DNA of 64,000 bases, from the NCBI RefSeq assembly GCF_963921235.1, contig NC_086097.1, forward strand, positions 46,750,001 through 46,814,000, written 5' to 3'. The notes beneath the pieces are model-generated. The model saw nothing but the letters and a program-made list of their open reading frames with translations. It had not been told where the DNA came from and made no database searches. Of the stretch, positions 11,690 to 26,033 are shown piece after piece. Origin of the DNA: Mobula hypostoma (Eukaryota). The translations under genes were made by a program, and so were the position numbers. Each line of letters starts with the position of its first letter. The first letter of the stretch is position 1.

Positions 11690-13640
11690 TTAATAAATTC
11701 AGCCAGCATTCCGGATACAAACTTAATTTACATAAGAGCGAACTTTTCCCAATTAACAGAAAGAACAAATATTGGAATTAGAATTTCATAAACCTCACTT
11801 TTAAAGTAATAAATCAATTTACTTACCTCGGTATTATAGTAACAAGGAATTTTAAGCGTCTTTTTCGAGAAAATTTCACTAATCTTTTAAATCACACAAA
11901 ACAGAGTTTGGCACACTGGTCACCCCTGTCCATGTCTCTGGTAGGTCGAATTAATGTTGTTAAAATGTATATCCTTCCTAAATTTTTATACTTATTTTCA
12001 ATCTATACCAATTTTTATTCCTAAAGCTTTTTTTGATTCTATTATTTTGTCCTATCTATGGAAGAGCAAATGCTCCAGACTTAATAAAGTTCACCTTCAA
12101 AAACCTAAAAGGGAAGGTGGTATGGCCTTGCCTAATTTTCACTTATATTACTAGGTAGCCAACATACGTTGTCTACTTTTTGGCCTTTTTTTTATAATCA
12201 GTCTGACCGCCCAAAATGGGTGGCAATGGAGTTGAACTCTAATAAGGATTTCTCCATTTCTTGGATCTGCACTTCCTTGTCATTTGCCTAAACTAATTGT
12301 TAATCCTCTCTGAGAATATGGGCTCAGTTTAGAAAATATTATGGTCTTCACAGTTTCTCTCTCTCTAGTCCTATTTTTGCAAAACCATCTTTTCCAACCT
12401 TCTATGCAAGACTTAGCATTTCATGTCTGGTACAGAAAGGGAATTAGGTGTTTTGAAGATCTTTCCATAGACAATCGCTTTGCAATTTTTAAACAACTGC
12501 AAAGCTTAACCTACCTAATACTCATTTTTTTTTTAGATATCTTCAAATTAGACATTTTATTAACCCTTTAATACCAAACTTTCCTGAGATGCCTGAAAAA
12601 AACCTTGTGGACTTGTTTCTTTGTACAAATCCATCGGGTAAAGGTTTAATATCTACTATTCGCGATAAGTTAACGACCTTGAGGCGTGCCCCTTTTGATA
12701 AAATTAGAACTGCCTGGGAGCATGATTTAAATATTTCTCTGTCCGACAAGGTTTGGGATTCAATTCTTAATTCAGTTAACTCAACCTCTTTATGTGCTGG
12801 CCACTGCCTTTTGCAGTTCAAGGTTGTACATAGGCCTCATATGTCCAAAACTAAATTATCGCCGTTCTATCCTGATATTAGTCCCTTTTGTGACAAGTGT
12901 AAAGGGGACAAGGCTTCTCTTACCCATATGTATTAGGCTTGTCCTAGTTTGGAGAAATTTTGGAGAGAAGTCTTTTCAACTTTATCCCATATTTTTAATT
13001 GCCACTTAGAACCTAACCCTTTGATTGCTCTTTTTGGCACCTCGGGTGAAGCTGACATACATTTGAGTCCGACTAAACATTACCTTTTGCCTCTTTTGGC
13101 TAGACGTTTAGTTCTTCTTAGGTAGAGAGATATTGCCCCACCCACCCATGCTAAATGGCTTAGAGACATTATGTTCTGCTTAGACCTTGAAAAGATTCAT
13201 TATTCACTTCTTAATTCAGACATAAAGTTCTGTAAGGTGTGGGGACCTATTCTTGAATATTTTCATAATTCCTCTTTAGATTAAAGGTTTATCCTCGTTT
13301 TTTTTGTAATTTATTCCCTTACTTTCAGCTTTTTTTTCTGGTTCAGCTTTATGGTTTTTTTCATGTGAAATATATTACAGTTTAGGTAATAGGCAATATA
13401 CTTTTTTTACATTTACAGCTCTATGGTGACAAAAGCTCTGTTTAACTTTTCTTTACATTGAAATGGCTGGCTTGGAGTTGCATAGTGGGAGGGTGGGGAG
13501 GATACTAACTTTATATGATTTTATTTTGGGTGCTTTTTCTTTATTGTTATGAATTATATATTAGACATGTTTGTTTTGCATTGTATAAATCTCTTTTGTT
13601 GTATTATAGAAACTCAAAATATTAATTTTAAAAAAATGCA
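11690..13640 (+). mobile_element. L1-clade LINE, 5'-truncated ORF2 plus 3' UTR
   Basis: SGYKLN, FTYLGI, GGMALPNF, QFKVVHR, CDKC...HMY; A-rich end near 13630. Confidence 0.85.
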
Positions 13641-13879
13641 AGTGATTAAAGAGAAATAACATGCTGTGGGAATGACCAATAGAACTGTTTCGCCTTCAGA
13701 TTGCTATTTCCTTTAACCTTCTGGTGTGGTGTGGAGATTCAGCTACCAGACTTGCAATCCAAAGAGCTAACTTCCATTGCTTCACAGTCGTAGAATTTAA
13801 AATCAGTTTATTTGAGCAAACACCAACTACTGGACTATTGTAAAAGCATACTGCACTTCAGGGGGAAGAAATCTCCCTC

Positions 13880-15720
13880 GGCGAGTTCTGTACCCGCCAC
13901 AACACCCAGCTCTCTCTGTCACCTCCATCTCCAAGCCCAATTATTTGGCAAGGATTCCCCACCTTGCACCAATGGACCTTTTTGCCATCTTCAACCCTCC
14001 TCGCCTTCTTGTACACCCTGCTTTGGTTTTCTGCCTGCTCTGGATCTTTACATCTCTGATTCCCAACAAGACATCAACCATCTCGACTTAAGCACTCCTC
14101 TCTCCTATTCAAACCTTACTCCCTGTGAATGCACTGCCCTCTATTTTCTCTGCACCAATCCCAACCTCAACATCAAACCCACAGACAAAGGGAGTGCTGT
14201 TGTAGTCTGGCGCACTGACCTCTACTTGCTAAGGCCTGGCGGAAACTCTGACACTTCCTCTTACTTGCCCATTGAAAAGGACCCCACTGAGGGCCATCAG
14301 GCCATTGAGTGTGCATACCTTGACTCTATTTTATCCCCTTTGGTTCAGTCCCTTCTCACTTACATCCATGACACTTCCAATGCTCTTCATCTACTCAACA
14401 ACTTCCAAATCCCTGGCCCTGACTGCCTCATTTTCACCATGGATCTCTAGTCCCTATACACGTCTATCCTCCATCAAGAAAGCCTTAAAGCTTTCCACTT
14501 CTTTCTCAACATAAGATCCGACCAGTTCCCCTCCACCATCTTCCTCTGTCTGTTTGGATGGTCCTCACTGTCAACAATTTCTCCTTCGGCTTCTCCCACG
14601 TTTTCTGAACTCATGGGTCCCAGCACTGTGCTCCTTTTCATTGCCAACATGGTGTGTCCATGTTCCATGCCACCCCTGGTAATGCTCCCCAACTCTTTTT
14701 GCAATACTTTGATGACTGTATTGTTGTTGCTTCATGCACCCATGCTAAGCTTGTCAAGTTCAGCAGCTTTGCCTCCAACTTCCACCCTGCCTTTAAATTC
14801 ACTTAGTACATTTCTGACACCTCTGTCCCCTTTCTCAATCTCTCTGTCTCCATATCTGGAGACAAACTGTTTTAGAAAGACAATATATTTTATAAACCTT
14901 CTGATTCCCGCAAGTATTTTGACTATACCTCTTCCCGCACTGACTCCTGTAAATATGCAGTTCCCTTTTCTCAGTTCCTTCATTTCTACCACAACCGTTC
15001 CCAAGATTAGACTTTCCTTACCAACATCAGATGTTCTTCAAAGAGCAGAGTTTCCCTTCCTCCACCATTGATGCTGCCCTCGCCTGCATCTCCTTTATTT
15101 TTTGGACATCCATGCTAACCCTATTTTCTTTCCACCTTAACAAGGATAAAGTTCCTCTTGTCCTCACCTACCAGCCCAGCTCTGCATCCAACATATCATT
15201 CTCCACAACTTCTGACATCTTCAATGGGATCCTACCACCAAATACATCTTTACCTCCCCCCCCCCCACTCCACTCTCCACAAGGATCACTTCCTCCATGA
15301 TTCCCTTCCCATTCATCTCCCTCTTGGCACTTGTACCTGCAAGCGGAAAAAGTGCTACACCTGCCCATTCACCTCCTCACGCACCATCATTCAGGGCTCC
15401 AAACAGATCTTCCAGGTGAGACAATACTTCAGCTACAAATCTAATGGGGTTGTCTACTGCATACGGTGCTCCTGACGTGGTCTCCTCTACAATGGTGATT
15501 GGGAGACCACTTTGTCGAGCACATTTGCCCATCCGCAAAATGAAGGATTTACCAGTGACCAACCATTCAAATCCCCACTCCCATTCCAACATGGTGGTCC
15601 CTGGCCTCCTCTATTGCCACGATGAGGCCACTTTCAGGTTGGAGGAGAACACCTCATATTCCATGTGGGAACCTCCAATCTGATGAGATGAACATTGATT
15701 TCTCTAACTTCTGGTAATTT
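13880..15720 (+). mobile_element. Degenerate Penelope-like element
   Basis: IKPTDKGSAVVVW, IFTMDL, MGPS, KCYTCP, VVYCIRCS fragments; homologous to 1-1321. Confidence 0.85.
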
Positions 15721-15815
15721 TCCCCCTCCCCTTTCCCTCTTCACTCTGAATCCCCTCTTGCCTCTTCTCCTCACCTGCCTCTCACCTCCCCTTCTCCCAT
15801 GGTCCACTCTCCTTT

Positions 15816-16474
15816 TGTATTGGAGGGGTCGTGACTGTCACGTGACAGCTTTGCCCATTTACCTGGTCAAAAGACACGTCACCTGCCAATCAAGGTTTGA
15901 CTCCCCCTCGCCATCAATGCACACCTAACCATTAGCCCCTTTAATTAGCCTTGTACTTGACCTCGGGCAATTGGCCTTTGTAATCAGCTTAACCCTGCTG
16001 GCACCAAGCCATTGGCTTCCCTGTGAATCACCTGGGCTGGACTCATCAGCCCTGCTGCACTACAAAAGGAAGCCACGCGTGCTTGACCCTTTCTCTTTTT
16101 TGCTACCTCCGAGGGACCACTCTGCCATTGGTGAGTTGTGCATTGAATAGGGTGAGGGGTGTGGGTATCGTCCCTAATATCATAAGAGCCATGCAGGCAC
16201 AGAGCCAAGGGTGTCGGGTATCGTATTGACTTTTCCCTTGGGTGGGGGGGGGGGTGTGTGTGTGTGTGTGTGTGTGTATACTTCGTTCCCGCGCGATTTT
16301 ATTAATTGTCCGCATGTGTTTTATTGCTGATCCGACTACTGTGAATTGTGTGCGTGTGGCTTCTGTTGCCATTTTCCCACATTTGCCTTCTGTAAATAAA
16401 ATCCTTTATTATCAAGACTGTGTCCAGAGTCCTTGCCTTTGAGACCTATCGAATCTGTTTCCTCACTTACAACA
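15816..16474 (+). mobile_element. Solo LTR inserted in the PLE terminal repeat
   Basis: TG...CA ends, TSD CCTTT at 15811-15815 and 16475-16479, AATAAA near 16395, internal (GT)n. Confidence 0.8.
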
Positions 16475-16479
16475 CCTTT

Positions 16480-16780
16480 CTTATTAGATTCCTTCTTCTC
16501 CAGCCCTTTACCTGTCCCACCTATCACTTCTCTATTTCTTACTTCCTCTTCCACGCGCCTGGCTTCACCTATTACCTTCTAGCTTGTCCTTCTGCCCCTC
16601 TTCCCCCACCACCCCACACCTCCTTATTTCACCCTTCCTTTCCAGTTCTGATGAAGGGTCCCAGCTCGAAACCCCAACTGATTATTCCTTTCCATAGATG
16701 CTGCCTGACCTGCCGAGTTTCCCCAGCATTTTGTATGTGTTGCTTTGGATTTCCAGCTCCTGCTGAATCTCTTGTATTTA
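16480..16780 (+). repeat. Remainder of PLE terminal repeat with hammerhead motif (16643-16680)
   Basis: CAGTT-CTGATGA-AGGGTCCCAGCTC-GAAA-C-CCC-AACTG; cleavage triplet mutated. Confidence 0.75.
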
Positions 16781-17142
16781 AGAAATCTCCCATCCAGGGC
16801 TGGTTTATGCAAGGCATCTGTCCCCTCCCACGTAGTTGCTTTCTGAATTGGCCTAGCAAGTCATTAATTTGCAATACTTCACCATCAGAAAATACATAAC
16901 AGGATAAATAAATACTTGTATTTCCTTTGCATGTGAGAAAACTTTCTTCACTGCATCATTCCTGGATGCCGTCTGCCAAGTTTTCAGACATGAATCAGTC
17001 CAGTATTACCCATGACTCTGGTCAGGATCAATGCAGCAGTGGCAAAACAAAGATAAAGTGAGCAATCACATTGTTGGGGCAGTGGAAATGTTTGTTCTCT
17101 ACACATGATGATTTTATTCAATGTTTCTAATTAATTATCATT

Positions 17143-17380
17143 AGGAGTGGCATGGATGCATAGCCGTTAACATAATGCTATTGCAGCAGAAGTGGCCCGG
17201 CTTCATTTCCGCCACTGTCTGTAAGGAGTTTGAATATTTTCCCCATGACTGTGTGGCTTTCCGTTGGTGCTCGGGTTTCTTCCCACATTCGAAAGATAGA
17301 AGGCTAATTGGTCACATGGTGACCAATCGGGTGGTGCTTGATGGGCCTGTTACTGTGCTGTATCTCTGAGTAAATAAATG
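17143..17380 (+). mobile_element. tRNA-derived SINE (HE1/V-SINE-like)
   Basis: ggagtttg...tgctcgggtttcttcccacattcgaaaga central block; related copies at ~36330-36600, 41620-41800, 49770-50110 (-), 50285-50540 (-). Confidence 0.6.
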
Positions 17381-18414
17381 ACAAATGAACTCTGAAGGGC
17401 AACGTAGCTAATTTGTTTAATTATAAGCAAATTTCCCCAGCAATTAAAGTCTGAATTCTCCGTGCTACTGAAGAAAAGGAGAGTTAAATGATTCTTCCAG
17501 TTCTGGGAAAAGCCCGCATTTCCAAAAATTTAGGTGGATGGAAAATTGTTAAAGGGGATTTCTGGACCACTTCTAGAAGAGATGGGAGGATGAACCATGA
17601 GAAACTTGCATTCAAGATTCTTAAAGAATCACAGCTGTTTTATGTTATAAATATTTAGATAATTGTGATCCAATTCAGCTCCATGGAATGTTTTTTATGT
17701 CACCATTCATGTATTCAACCCTTGCCAAATAAATTACTGTCAGAAGCAGGAGCTAACCCAACAATTTTCCCCTTGAAAGCAGAGTTCAGTCGCTCCCTCC
17801 CATTGTAGTCTGATCAAATTTCAACCCTAGCCCCAAGCTCAGGCTAATGGGCAGCAGGAATCCTTGCCCTCTAGTGCACTTCTGAGTCATGGAAGGACCC
17901 ACAGCAGGTACCTTAAATCTTGGTAATGTAACTCCAATCCTCCAAGTCCAAAAGGAGAAAAACTAAAACAACCGCAGTGTCTTCTACCAGGCAAATATAG
18001 GCTATCATCACACTCGGCTGGCTCAAGTGAGAAGGTCGCATCATTTGCACACTGAACACCAGATGCCTGAAACAAGTATTTCAAATCTGGTCCACCACAA
18101 TATTATCAGGACGAAAAGTAGCTTTGATAAAGCATTATTATCCATGCTAACTTCAGGAAATCCCAGAGCTGTGATTAATCGAGAGAGGATTATCTTCCTT
18201 TGCCAGAGGCACTTAAGAGTCCAGAGTAGTTGTGTGATACCTCCTAAATGACCAGCAGCTCATCCTGCTTCATTTCTGGCAGTTTTCAAGTTAACTGGAG
18301 GCTTTATCTGTCTCTTCAGAAGTGAAGTGGAGCAACTAATCCTTAACTCAAAGAAGGTGCCTAAGAAGGGAAAAAAATGATCAGGTTAACTAAAGCTAAT
18401 TTCTCAGAGAGTTA

Positions 18415-19198
18415 GTACAGGAGTGAGATATACCAACTAGTGGAATGGTGCCGCAGCAACAACCTGGCACTCAACGTCAGTAAGACGAAAGAGCTGATTG
18501 TGGACTTCAGGAAGGGTAAGACGAAGGAACACATACCAATCCTCATAGAGGGATCAGAAGTGGAGAGAGTGAGCAGCTTCAAGTTCCTGGGTGTCAAGAT
18601 CTGAGGATCTAACCCGGTCCCAACATATTGATGTAGTCATAAAGAAGGCAAGACAGCGGCTATACTTTATTGGGAGTTTGAAGCGATTTGGCATGTCAAA
18701 AAATAAGCTGAAAAACTTCTATAGTTGTACTGTGGAGAGCATTCTGACAGGTTGTATACTGTCTGGCATGGAGGAGCTACTACACAGAACCGAAAGAAGC
18801 TACAGAAGGTCGTAAATCTAGTCAGCTCAATCTTGGGCACTAGCCTACAAAGTACCCAGGACATCTTTAGAAAGCAGTATCTTACCATCAGATACAGAAG
18901 CCTGAAGGCACACACTCAACGATTCAGGAACAGCTTCTTCCCCTCTGCCATCTGATTCCTAAATGGACTTTGAAGCTTTGGACACTACCTCACTTTTTTA
19001 ATATACAGTATTTCTGTTTTTGCACATTTTTTTATAATCTATTCAAATACAAGTAATTTATTTACTTGTTTATTTATTATGTTTTATTTATTATTTTTTT
19101 CTCTCTCTGCTAGATTATGTATTGCATTGAACTGCTGCTGATAAGTTAACAAATTTCACGTCACATGCTGGTGATAATAAACTTGATTCTGATTCTGA
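18415..19198 (+). mobile_element. Rex1/Babar-type LINE 3' fragment
   Basis: WCRSNNLALNVSKTKELIVDFR, FKFLGV, KKARQRLYF, RFRNSFFPSAI; tail gattctgattct. Confidence 0.8.
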
Positions 19199-19449
19199 TC
19201 TATTTTCCTAGAGGAGTTAAAACCATTGTTAGCAACATTAAGTAGCTGTGGGCCATGTTGCACCTTATTTTGTTTCCCAGCACTGTAACCCTGTACTAAT
19301 ATCAGTTGGCTGTTTGCAACACATTACTGATGTTGGATGAAGAAATTGCACAAAATACATTTACCTCTACAGATCTGTCCATGTACGACTCAACAGTGCT
19401 TCATCGTCACCTCTCTAAATTCCAATTTTTGCTCCAAATTTGTATGAGG

Positions 19450-19865
19450 AGAACACAGAACTAATAGAAACCAGAATACAGAACAGGGCCTTAGTCCCAT
19501 GATATGCTGACCTCTTAACCTATTTTAAGAATAATCTAACCCTTTTTTCCCCACATAACCCTCCATTCTTCTATCATCCATGTGACTTTTTAAGAGTTTC
19601 TTAAATGTCCCTAATGTATCTGCCTCTACCACCATCAATGGAAACTCGTTCCACACACCCACACTCTCTGTGTAAGAAACTTGCCTCTGGCATCCACCCC
19701 CCAACCCCCCATACTTTCCTCCAATCACCTTAAAATTATGCCCACTGGTATTACCCATTTACACTGTGGGAAAAAGTCTCTGGGAATTGAGCTATATGTC
19801 ATCATCCTGTACGCCTCTATCAAGCCTCCTATCCTCCTTCATGCTAGAGAAAAAAGTCCTAGGTC
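19450..19865 (-). mobile_element. CR1 LINE 3' fragment
   Basis: TSGHNFKV...VGVWN...VVEADTLGTFKK on minus strand. Confidence 0.7.
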
Positions 19866-20662
19866 ACTGTCTGCATTCCTCTCCCACTGTTCTGGATCTG
19901 AATTACTGTTTCTGCAGGTTTGGTTTGTGCTTGATTATCAGATGAGCCAAGAGCTATGAATTAGTTCACTTATTTTTATCTCTGTACTGCTGTGCAAAAT
20001 CTTCAGTGACAGTTCATCTGTTGACAGTTATTTTCATGCTTTTGTTATCACTGATTTCACTGGATGCCCTTCAAAATAATCACGCTCCTCAAATTTCACC
20101 TCATGTGATCACTTCATTCTGATTACTCCACTGTTGGCAGCCTTTAACTGCTAAGGTTCCAAGCTATAAAATTTTATTTTGTTATAATTTCCAGTAATAT
20201 TTACAAATGTATTTACAAGAGCCAAATAGAAATTTGGAACCTCGCAATAATTCCCTCAGCGCAGGCAGGGAGCCAATGACGGAGCCAAGGCTTAAAAGTT
20301 GAGAAGTGTACTCTGTTATGATGTCCATTTATCAAGGAGTGTGATTATAATACAAATATACCTTTTCTCTGAAGAAACTCGCTGTCCCTAGAAAATATCT
20401 ACAGTTGACTTTATTGAGCATGAAAAGCATCCTCAAATTGAGCTACAGGTGATAAGAGTTGTACTTCAATTATTATGGGTAATCATATAGCAAATGTGTC
20501 TGATAAAGGAACGTACACCCACAAAGATATATGGAAGGCCATAACCTCAGAAATCTGCATCTCTATATTGAATGAATTCCATGACCAAGATTCCATAGCT
20601 CTCTGTGGTGGAAATTTCCTCTGAGCAAAGAAATTTCTCCTCATTCAATCCTAACCAGCCAA

Positions 20663-20889
20663 CCCAAATTCTGGCCAATATTTTCTCAGATTTTCTTCTA
20701 GATTTCCACAATGTGACAATGTCACTAAAATAACAAGTAATTGCATGAATAATTCTAGTGTGTATAACTCTGTCAGCCCAAATTCTGACCAATATTTTCT
20801 CAAGGGTTTCTTCTAGATTTCCACCATGTGACAATGTCACTAAGATAGCAAGTAATTGCATGAATAATTCTCGTGTGTATAACTCTGTC
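20663..20889. repeat. Direct tandem duplication, ~113-bp unit x2
   Basis: cccaaattctg...gtgtgtataactctgtc at 20663-20774 and 20777-20889. Confidence 0.9.
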
Positions 20890-21539
20890 CTCGACTAGCA
20901 TTTATGAGTGTAAATGTCAAGGGGAATGCTTGCTAACACAGTTTTAGACTGCTAGGAAACTCAAAACACTCCTCCACCAAAGCATTATTAGCTTGTAAGA
21001 GGTTGGATGTGATCCATTCCAACATCCACCAGCCAGGATGGAGGTGGTGCAATCAAAAAGAAAGGTTACATCAAGCAAGTTCAAACAGGTGCAAACTTTT
21101 ATCGGTTATGGAGGGTTTAGCAAGAAAGAGGGCAATTTGCAAGAAGTCATAAACAAAACAATCTGAGTAGTCACCATGTGAGTCTTGTCAAAAATCACCT
21201 GGAGTTAAAGAATAAATAATGTTAAAGGGTAGCTTGCAAGGAATGACAAACAGAATTAACTGGTTGTAGGGAGAGAAGGAGCATTAAAAGGAGCTGCAAG
21301 GTTAAAACTGCTATAAGTACAGAAAACCATTAGAGCATGATATTTTGTATCACACTTTCAGTATTTTCATGTAATTTGTTTCATCATGTTACATAAAATA
21401 TTTATGTTATTTTACAGATGGTGTTTGCTTGGGTTTGTGCTCTGCGACCCCTAACAGTTTCTCCCCATGGGAATGCATTCAGGCTGAACTCAGAGGATAG
21501 CTGTTAGGTGGAACTATCTGCAAACTTCCACACACTCAT

Positions 21540-23280
21540 ACTTCCTGTGTTTTTTAAAAAAAACTACCTCTGACACCTCATTCATATTTTCCTCCTATCA
21601 CCTTAAAATGATGCCCTTTCATATTAGCCATTTTCACTCAGGGATAAGGGCACTAGCTATCCACGCTTCAATGCCTTTATCATCTTACACACCTCTGTAA
21701 AGTCATCTCTCCATTCTTTTCACTCTAAAGAGAAAAGTAGTCATTTGCTCAACCGTTCTTCATAAAACATGCTTTCTAATCCAGGCACCATCCTGGTAAA
21801 TCTCCTGTACCTTCCCTAAAGCTTTCACATCCTTCCTATAATGAGGCAATCTAAACTGAACACAATATTGCAAGTGTGTGCTAACCAGAGTTTTATCGAC
21901 CCGCAGCTTTACCTCATGGCTCTTGAACTCAATCCTCTGACAAGTGAAGGCCAACACACCATATGCATTATTAACCACCCTATCAAATTGCACAGCAATT
22001 TTGAGGGATGCTTGAATGTGAACCCAAGATCCCTCTCTTCCTCCATACTGCTAAGAACTCTGCCATTAACTCTGTATTCTGCCTTCAAGTTCAATCTTCC
22101 AAAGTGCATCATGTCACGTTTCCAGATTGAACTCCATCTGCCACTTCTCAGCACAACTATGCATCCCATCAATGTCCTGTTGAAACCCACAAACATCTGA
22201 AACACCACCAACATTCATGTCAGTTGAAGAGCGTTTAGCAACTTTGGGCCTGTGCTCACTGGAATTTAGAAGAATGCATGGGGATCTCATTGAAACTTAC
22301 TGAATGTTGAAAGGACTACATAGGGTGGACATGGAGAGGATGTTTCCTTTGGTGGGGATATCCAGAACTAGAGGACACAACCTCAAAATTGAGGGATGAC
22401 CCCTTTAGAACAGAGTAAAGGAGGAATCTTTTTAGCTAGAGAGTAGCGAATCTGTGGAATGCTCTGCCACAGAATTCAGTGGAGGCCAAGTCTGTGGGTG
22501 TATTTAAGGTGGAAGTTCATCGTTTCCTGATCGGTCAGGGCATCAAAGGATATGGCGAGAAGGCAGGTGTATGGGGTTGAGTGGGATCCAGGATTGGCCA
22601 TGATGGAATGATGGAGAAAACTTGATGGGCTGAATGGCCTAATTCTGCTCCTATGTCTTGTGGTCATCCTTCCACTTCCTTATCTAAGTCACTTATAAAA
22701 ATCACAAAGGGCAGGGGTCCAAAACCAGATCCCTCCGGAACACAACCAGTCACCGACCTCTCAGCAGAAATGGCTCCACCTACTGCTACCCTCTGCCTTC
22801 TGTGGACAAGCCAATTCTGAACCCACACAGCCAAGTTTTCTTGGATTCTGTGCCTCATTACATTCTGAATGAGGCTACAAGGTGAACCTTGTCAATCTCC
22901 TTACTAAAATCTATATCACTACATCTGCTGCTCCACCTTCATCAATTTGTTTTGTCACATCCTCGAATAATTCAATCAGGCTCATGAGGCACAACCTGTC
23001 CCTCACAAAGCCATGCTGACTGACCCTAATCAGCCTATGCTTCTCTAAATGCTTGTAAATCCTATATTTAAAAGTGCTTTCCAATAGTTTGACTACTACC
23101 TACATAAGACTCACTGGTCTATAATTCCAAGGATTATCCCTATTTCATTTCTTGAACAGAGAAATAACATTGGCCACATTCCAGTTGTCTGTTGCTACTC
23201 CTATGGCCAGAAAAGACACAAAGGTCATTGCCAAAGCTGTGGCAACCTCTTCTTTCATAACTTGGGGTATATCCCCAGCA
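21540..23280 (-). mobile_element. CR1 LINE fragment interrupted by an opposite-orientation CR1 3' end (~22225-22664, +)
   Basis: VPEGSGFGPLPFVIFISDLD, MHFGRLN, EERDLG, HLQYCVQF...PHYRKD on minus; roughly continuous across the plus-strand insert. Confidence 0.75.
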
Positions 23281-24667
23281 GCCTCCTGACTTGTATGTTT
23301 TTAAAGAAGTGTATGATACCTCGAGGTTTTCCTTAAACAAAAGCACAAGTTTATCTTGTGTTGAAATCAACATAAAATAGTCATTAACTGAATAGCTCCT
23401 GCAGAAGTTCAACTTTCCATATGACGTTTTCTTGGCACTTTCAAACTATTTTAAACTAAGATGACTATATACTATTGTATTAAAAAAGGATTATGAAACT
23501 CATATTTGGTTCTGCTATCTCTACCCTGTTCCCCCTTTTCTGGTTTCCAGTAGATGAATTGTACAACCCTCTCACCGGGCTCATGCAGCAAATTGGCTCA
23601 CTAGCTAATCTACTAACAGTGACTCAGCGGTGAGAATGGCCCCTTTCATAAGCAGTATACTTCTAGGGCCAGTATAATTTGGGAACCAAACAGGAACATC
23701 GGAATGTTCCAATTAAAGGAACTTTGATTTGAATGAATGCTGTGTAAATACTGCCAATATAAATCATCAGTAGCCCAGAAATGACAGATCATACACCTGC
23801 ATAATGTTATAAAGAAAAGATATTTACCAATTTTCAATTTTATCAACAGTTAACAGAGAAGGAAAAACAAAGATAAAAGGGCCAATTATAGTTCAACTAG
23901 TCTAAAAGTACAAATAAACGGAGTTCATTTCTGTAGTAGGTGCGTGTATTGCTTTACTCAGTGTTGAATCCGCAAGTAGAACTTCCCTTCCTGGAATCCT
24001 CCATCTCACAAAACACTCCTTGCAAAAGGGTTTCCCCTTTGGAGGGGATCCTCCAGGAATCTTCCCACATCTCCCACCAAAACACCCAAAACCAGACTGT
24101 CCTTCAGAAATCTCCTCCCACCCAGCTTTCTAGAACCTTCTCTCACATCCCACAATCCTGATTGGCTGACATGACATTCCTAAGTTAGACAACATGGTTC
24201 CTTATCTTTAGTCAGAGCCAAAACACTCTTACACACTGCTTTTACAGAAAACTGCTAAAATAAAATACCTCACAGCATAACAGTAGAAATCTTAACCAGG
24301 GCATTAAAACTGCTTTTACAAAATAACATTAAATCACTTTCACTTCAACAGTCTGTCATTTCCTTGACTTCATTTATCAACAAAACATTTCAAACTGATA
24401 CTTCCATTCCAAGGATTTATAATGGCCATTTTAGAGTAATAGTCATACTTCCTTTTTCTCTTAAGCATGCATTGAACTCTTCCTATTTATAATAATGTCA
24501 CACTTCAAGTTTGATTTGAACAAGGTTTTTGATATCTCCAAATAACTTAGAGAGAAAAAACAAGCATTACTGTCAGAAGCATCAATGAAATTTCCATTTT
24601 TGATTAATTTCTGCCATTATCCACTGTAAAATTTTCAAATCTTAAATTTTTCCTCCTAAAATCACAC

Positions 24668-25160
24668 TATAGAACATAAAACATTACAGCACAGAAACAG
24701 GCCCTTTGGCCCACAATGTTGTGCCCATCCAGTTAAATTAACAAACAAATGCGCAACCTAACTAATGCCCTCCATACCCTCCTACTTTCTTCACATTCAT
24801 GTGCTTATCTAAATGTCTCTAATGTATCTGCCTCTACCATCACTTCAGGCACCCACCACTCTCCGTGTAAAGACAAAACTTACCCCTGATATTTCCTCTG
24901 AAATTACCCTCTCTCACCTTAAATGCATTCCGTCTGGTATTAGTCATTCAAACACTGGGGAAAAGATACTGTCTGTCCACTCTGTCTATGCTTGTCATAA
25001 TCTTATAAACCTCTATCAGGTCTCTCATCAGCCCCCACCACTCCAGAAAAAGGAAACCAGGTTTATCCAACCTCTCATTATAGCACATGCCCTCAAATCC
25101 AGGTAGCATCCTGGGAAACCTCTTCTGCACCCTCTCCAAAGCCTCAATATGTTTCCTACA
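24668..25160 (-). mobile_element. CR1 LINE 3' end
   Basis: EALERVQKRFPRMLPG...DLIEVYKIM; atagaacata tail. Confidence 0.75.
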
Positions 25161-25164
25161 GTGG

Positions 25165-25436
25165 ATGGTCGATGTTTCAGATTGAGACTTTTCATTGAGA
25201 CTGGAAAAAGAGATGAGATAGCCAGTATAAAAAGTTGAGGGGAAGGGGGAAGCAAGAGTTGGGAAGTGATAGGTAGATCCAGGTGAGGGGGTGACTGATG
25301 GGCAGGTGGGGGGTGGAGAGAGAGATTGGGAATAATGCAAGAAGCTGGGAAGTGGAAGTGAGAAAGGGCTGAGGAAGATGAAATCTGATAGAAGAGAGTG
25401 GACCAAGGAATAAAAGTAAGGAGATGGGAGGGGAAC
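25165..25436 (-). repeat. PLE terminal repeat (target of the provirus insertion)
   Basis: Purine-rich reverse copy with degenerate hammerhead at ~25168-25203. Confidence 0.65.
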
Positions 25437-26031
25437 TGTTAGAATAATTTTGGAGTTTAGGTCATTTACACTTAGCAAATGGCTTTGGCCACCAGTCTTC
25501 TGTTCCTAGAAGCTGTGAATACCAGAATCACAGCCCATTTGTAACAATGCATTTCCTAAAAGCTGTGAATACCAGAATCCCAGTCCAGATGCTGCTGGTG
25601 CCTATGGGATGGATGTAAACTAGAATCTGTGAAGTTTGCATGTAGTTTCAAAGACAGCATTATCTATACTTTGTAAATATGGATTGTTCTTCATGTTAAG
25701 CACGTAAAATACCAAATAAATGTATTGTGGATTCAGTTTGGAACAATGGATTCCTGAATACCAGTCCAGATGCTGCTGGCGCCGGTGGGATGGATGTAAT
25801 CAGAAGGTGTGAAGTTTTGTATATAGCTTCAAAAGAAAGCATTGTCAAAACTTTGTAAATATGGATTGCCCTTTGTGTTTAGCAAATAAATATTGAGCCC
25901 CACACTGGGCCAGCAGACCTTTCCACTGAAAGCATCTCGATATCTACTGTACCTTGCTTTGTCGAATAAAGAACCTGCTTTGTATCTACCAGTAACTCTC
26001 TCTCTCTGGTGATTTCATTCACGCAACAACA
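25437..26031 (+). repeat. 5' LTR
   Basis: TGTTAG...CAACA; internal direct repeats; AATAAA near 25965; homologous to 32905-33468. Confidence 0.92.
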
Positions 26032-26033
26032 TT

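Noticed and set aside
23630..24308. Possible minus-strand solo LTR
   Set aside because: LTR-like composition, but I could not fix both TG/CA ends or a TSD
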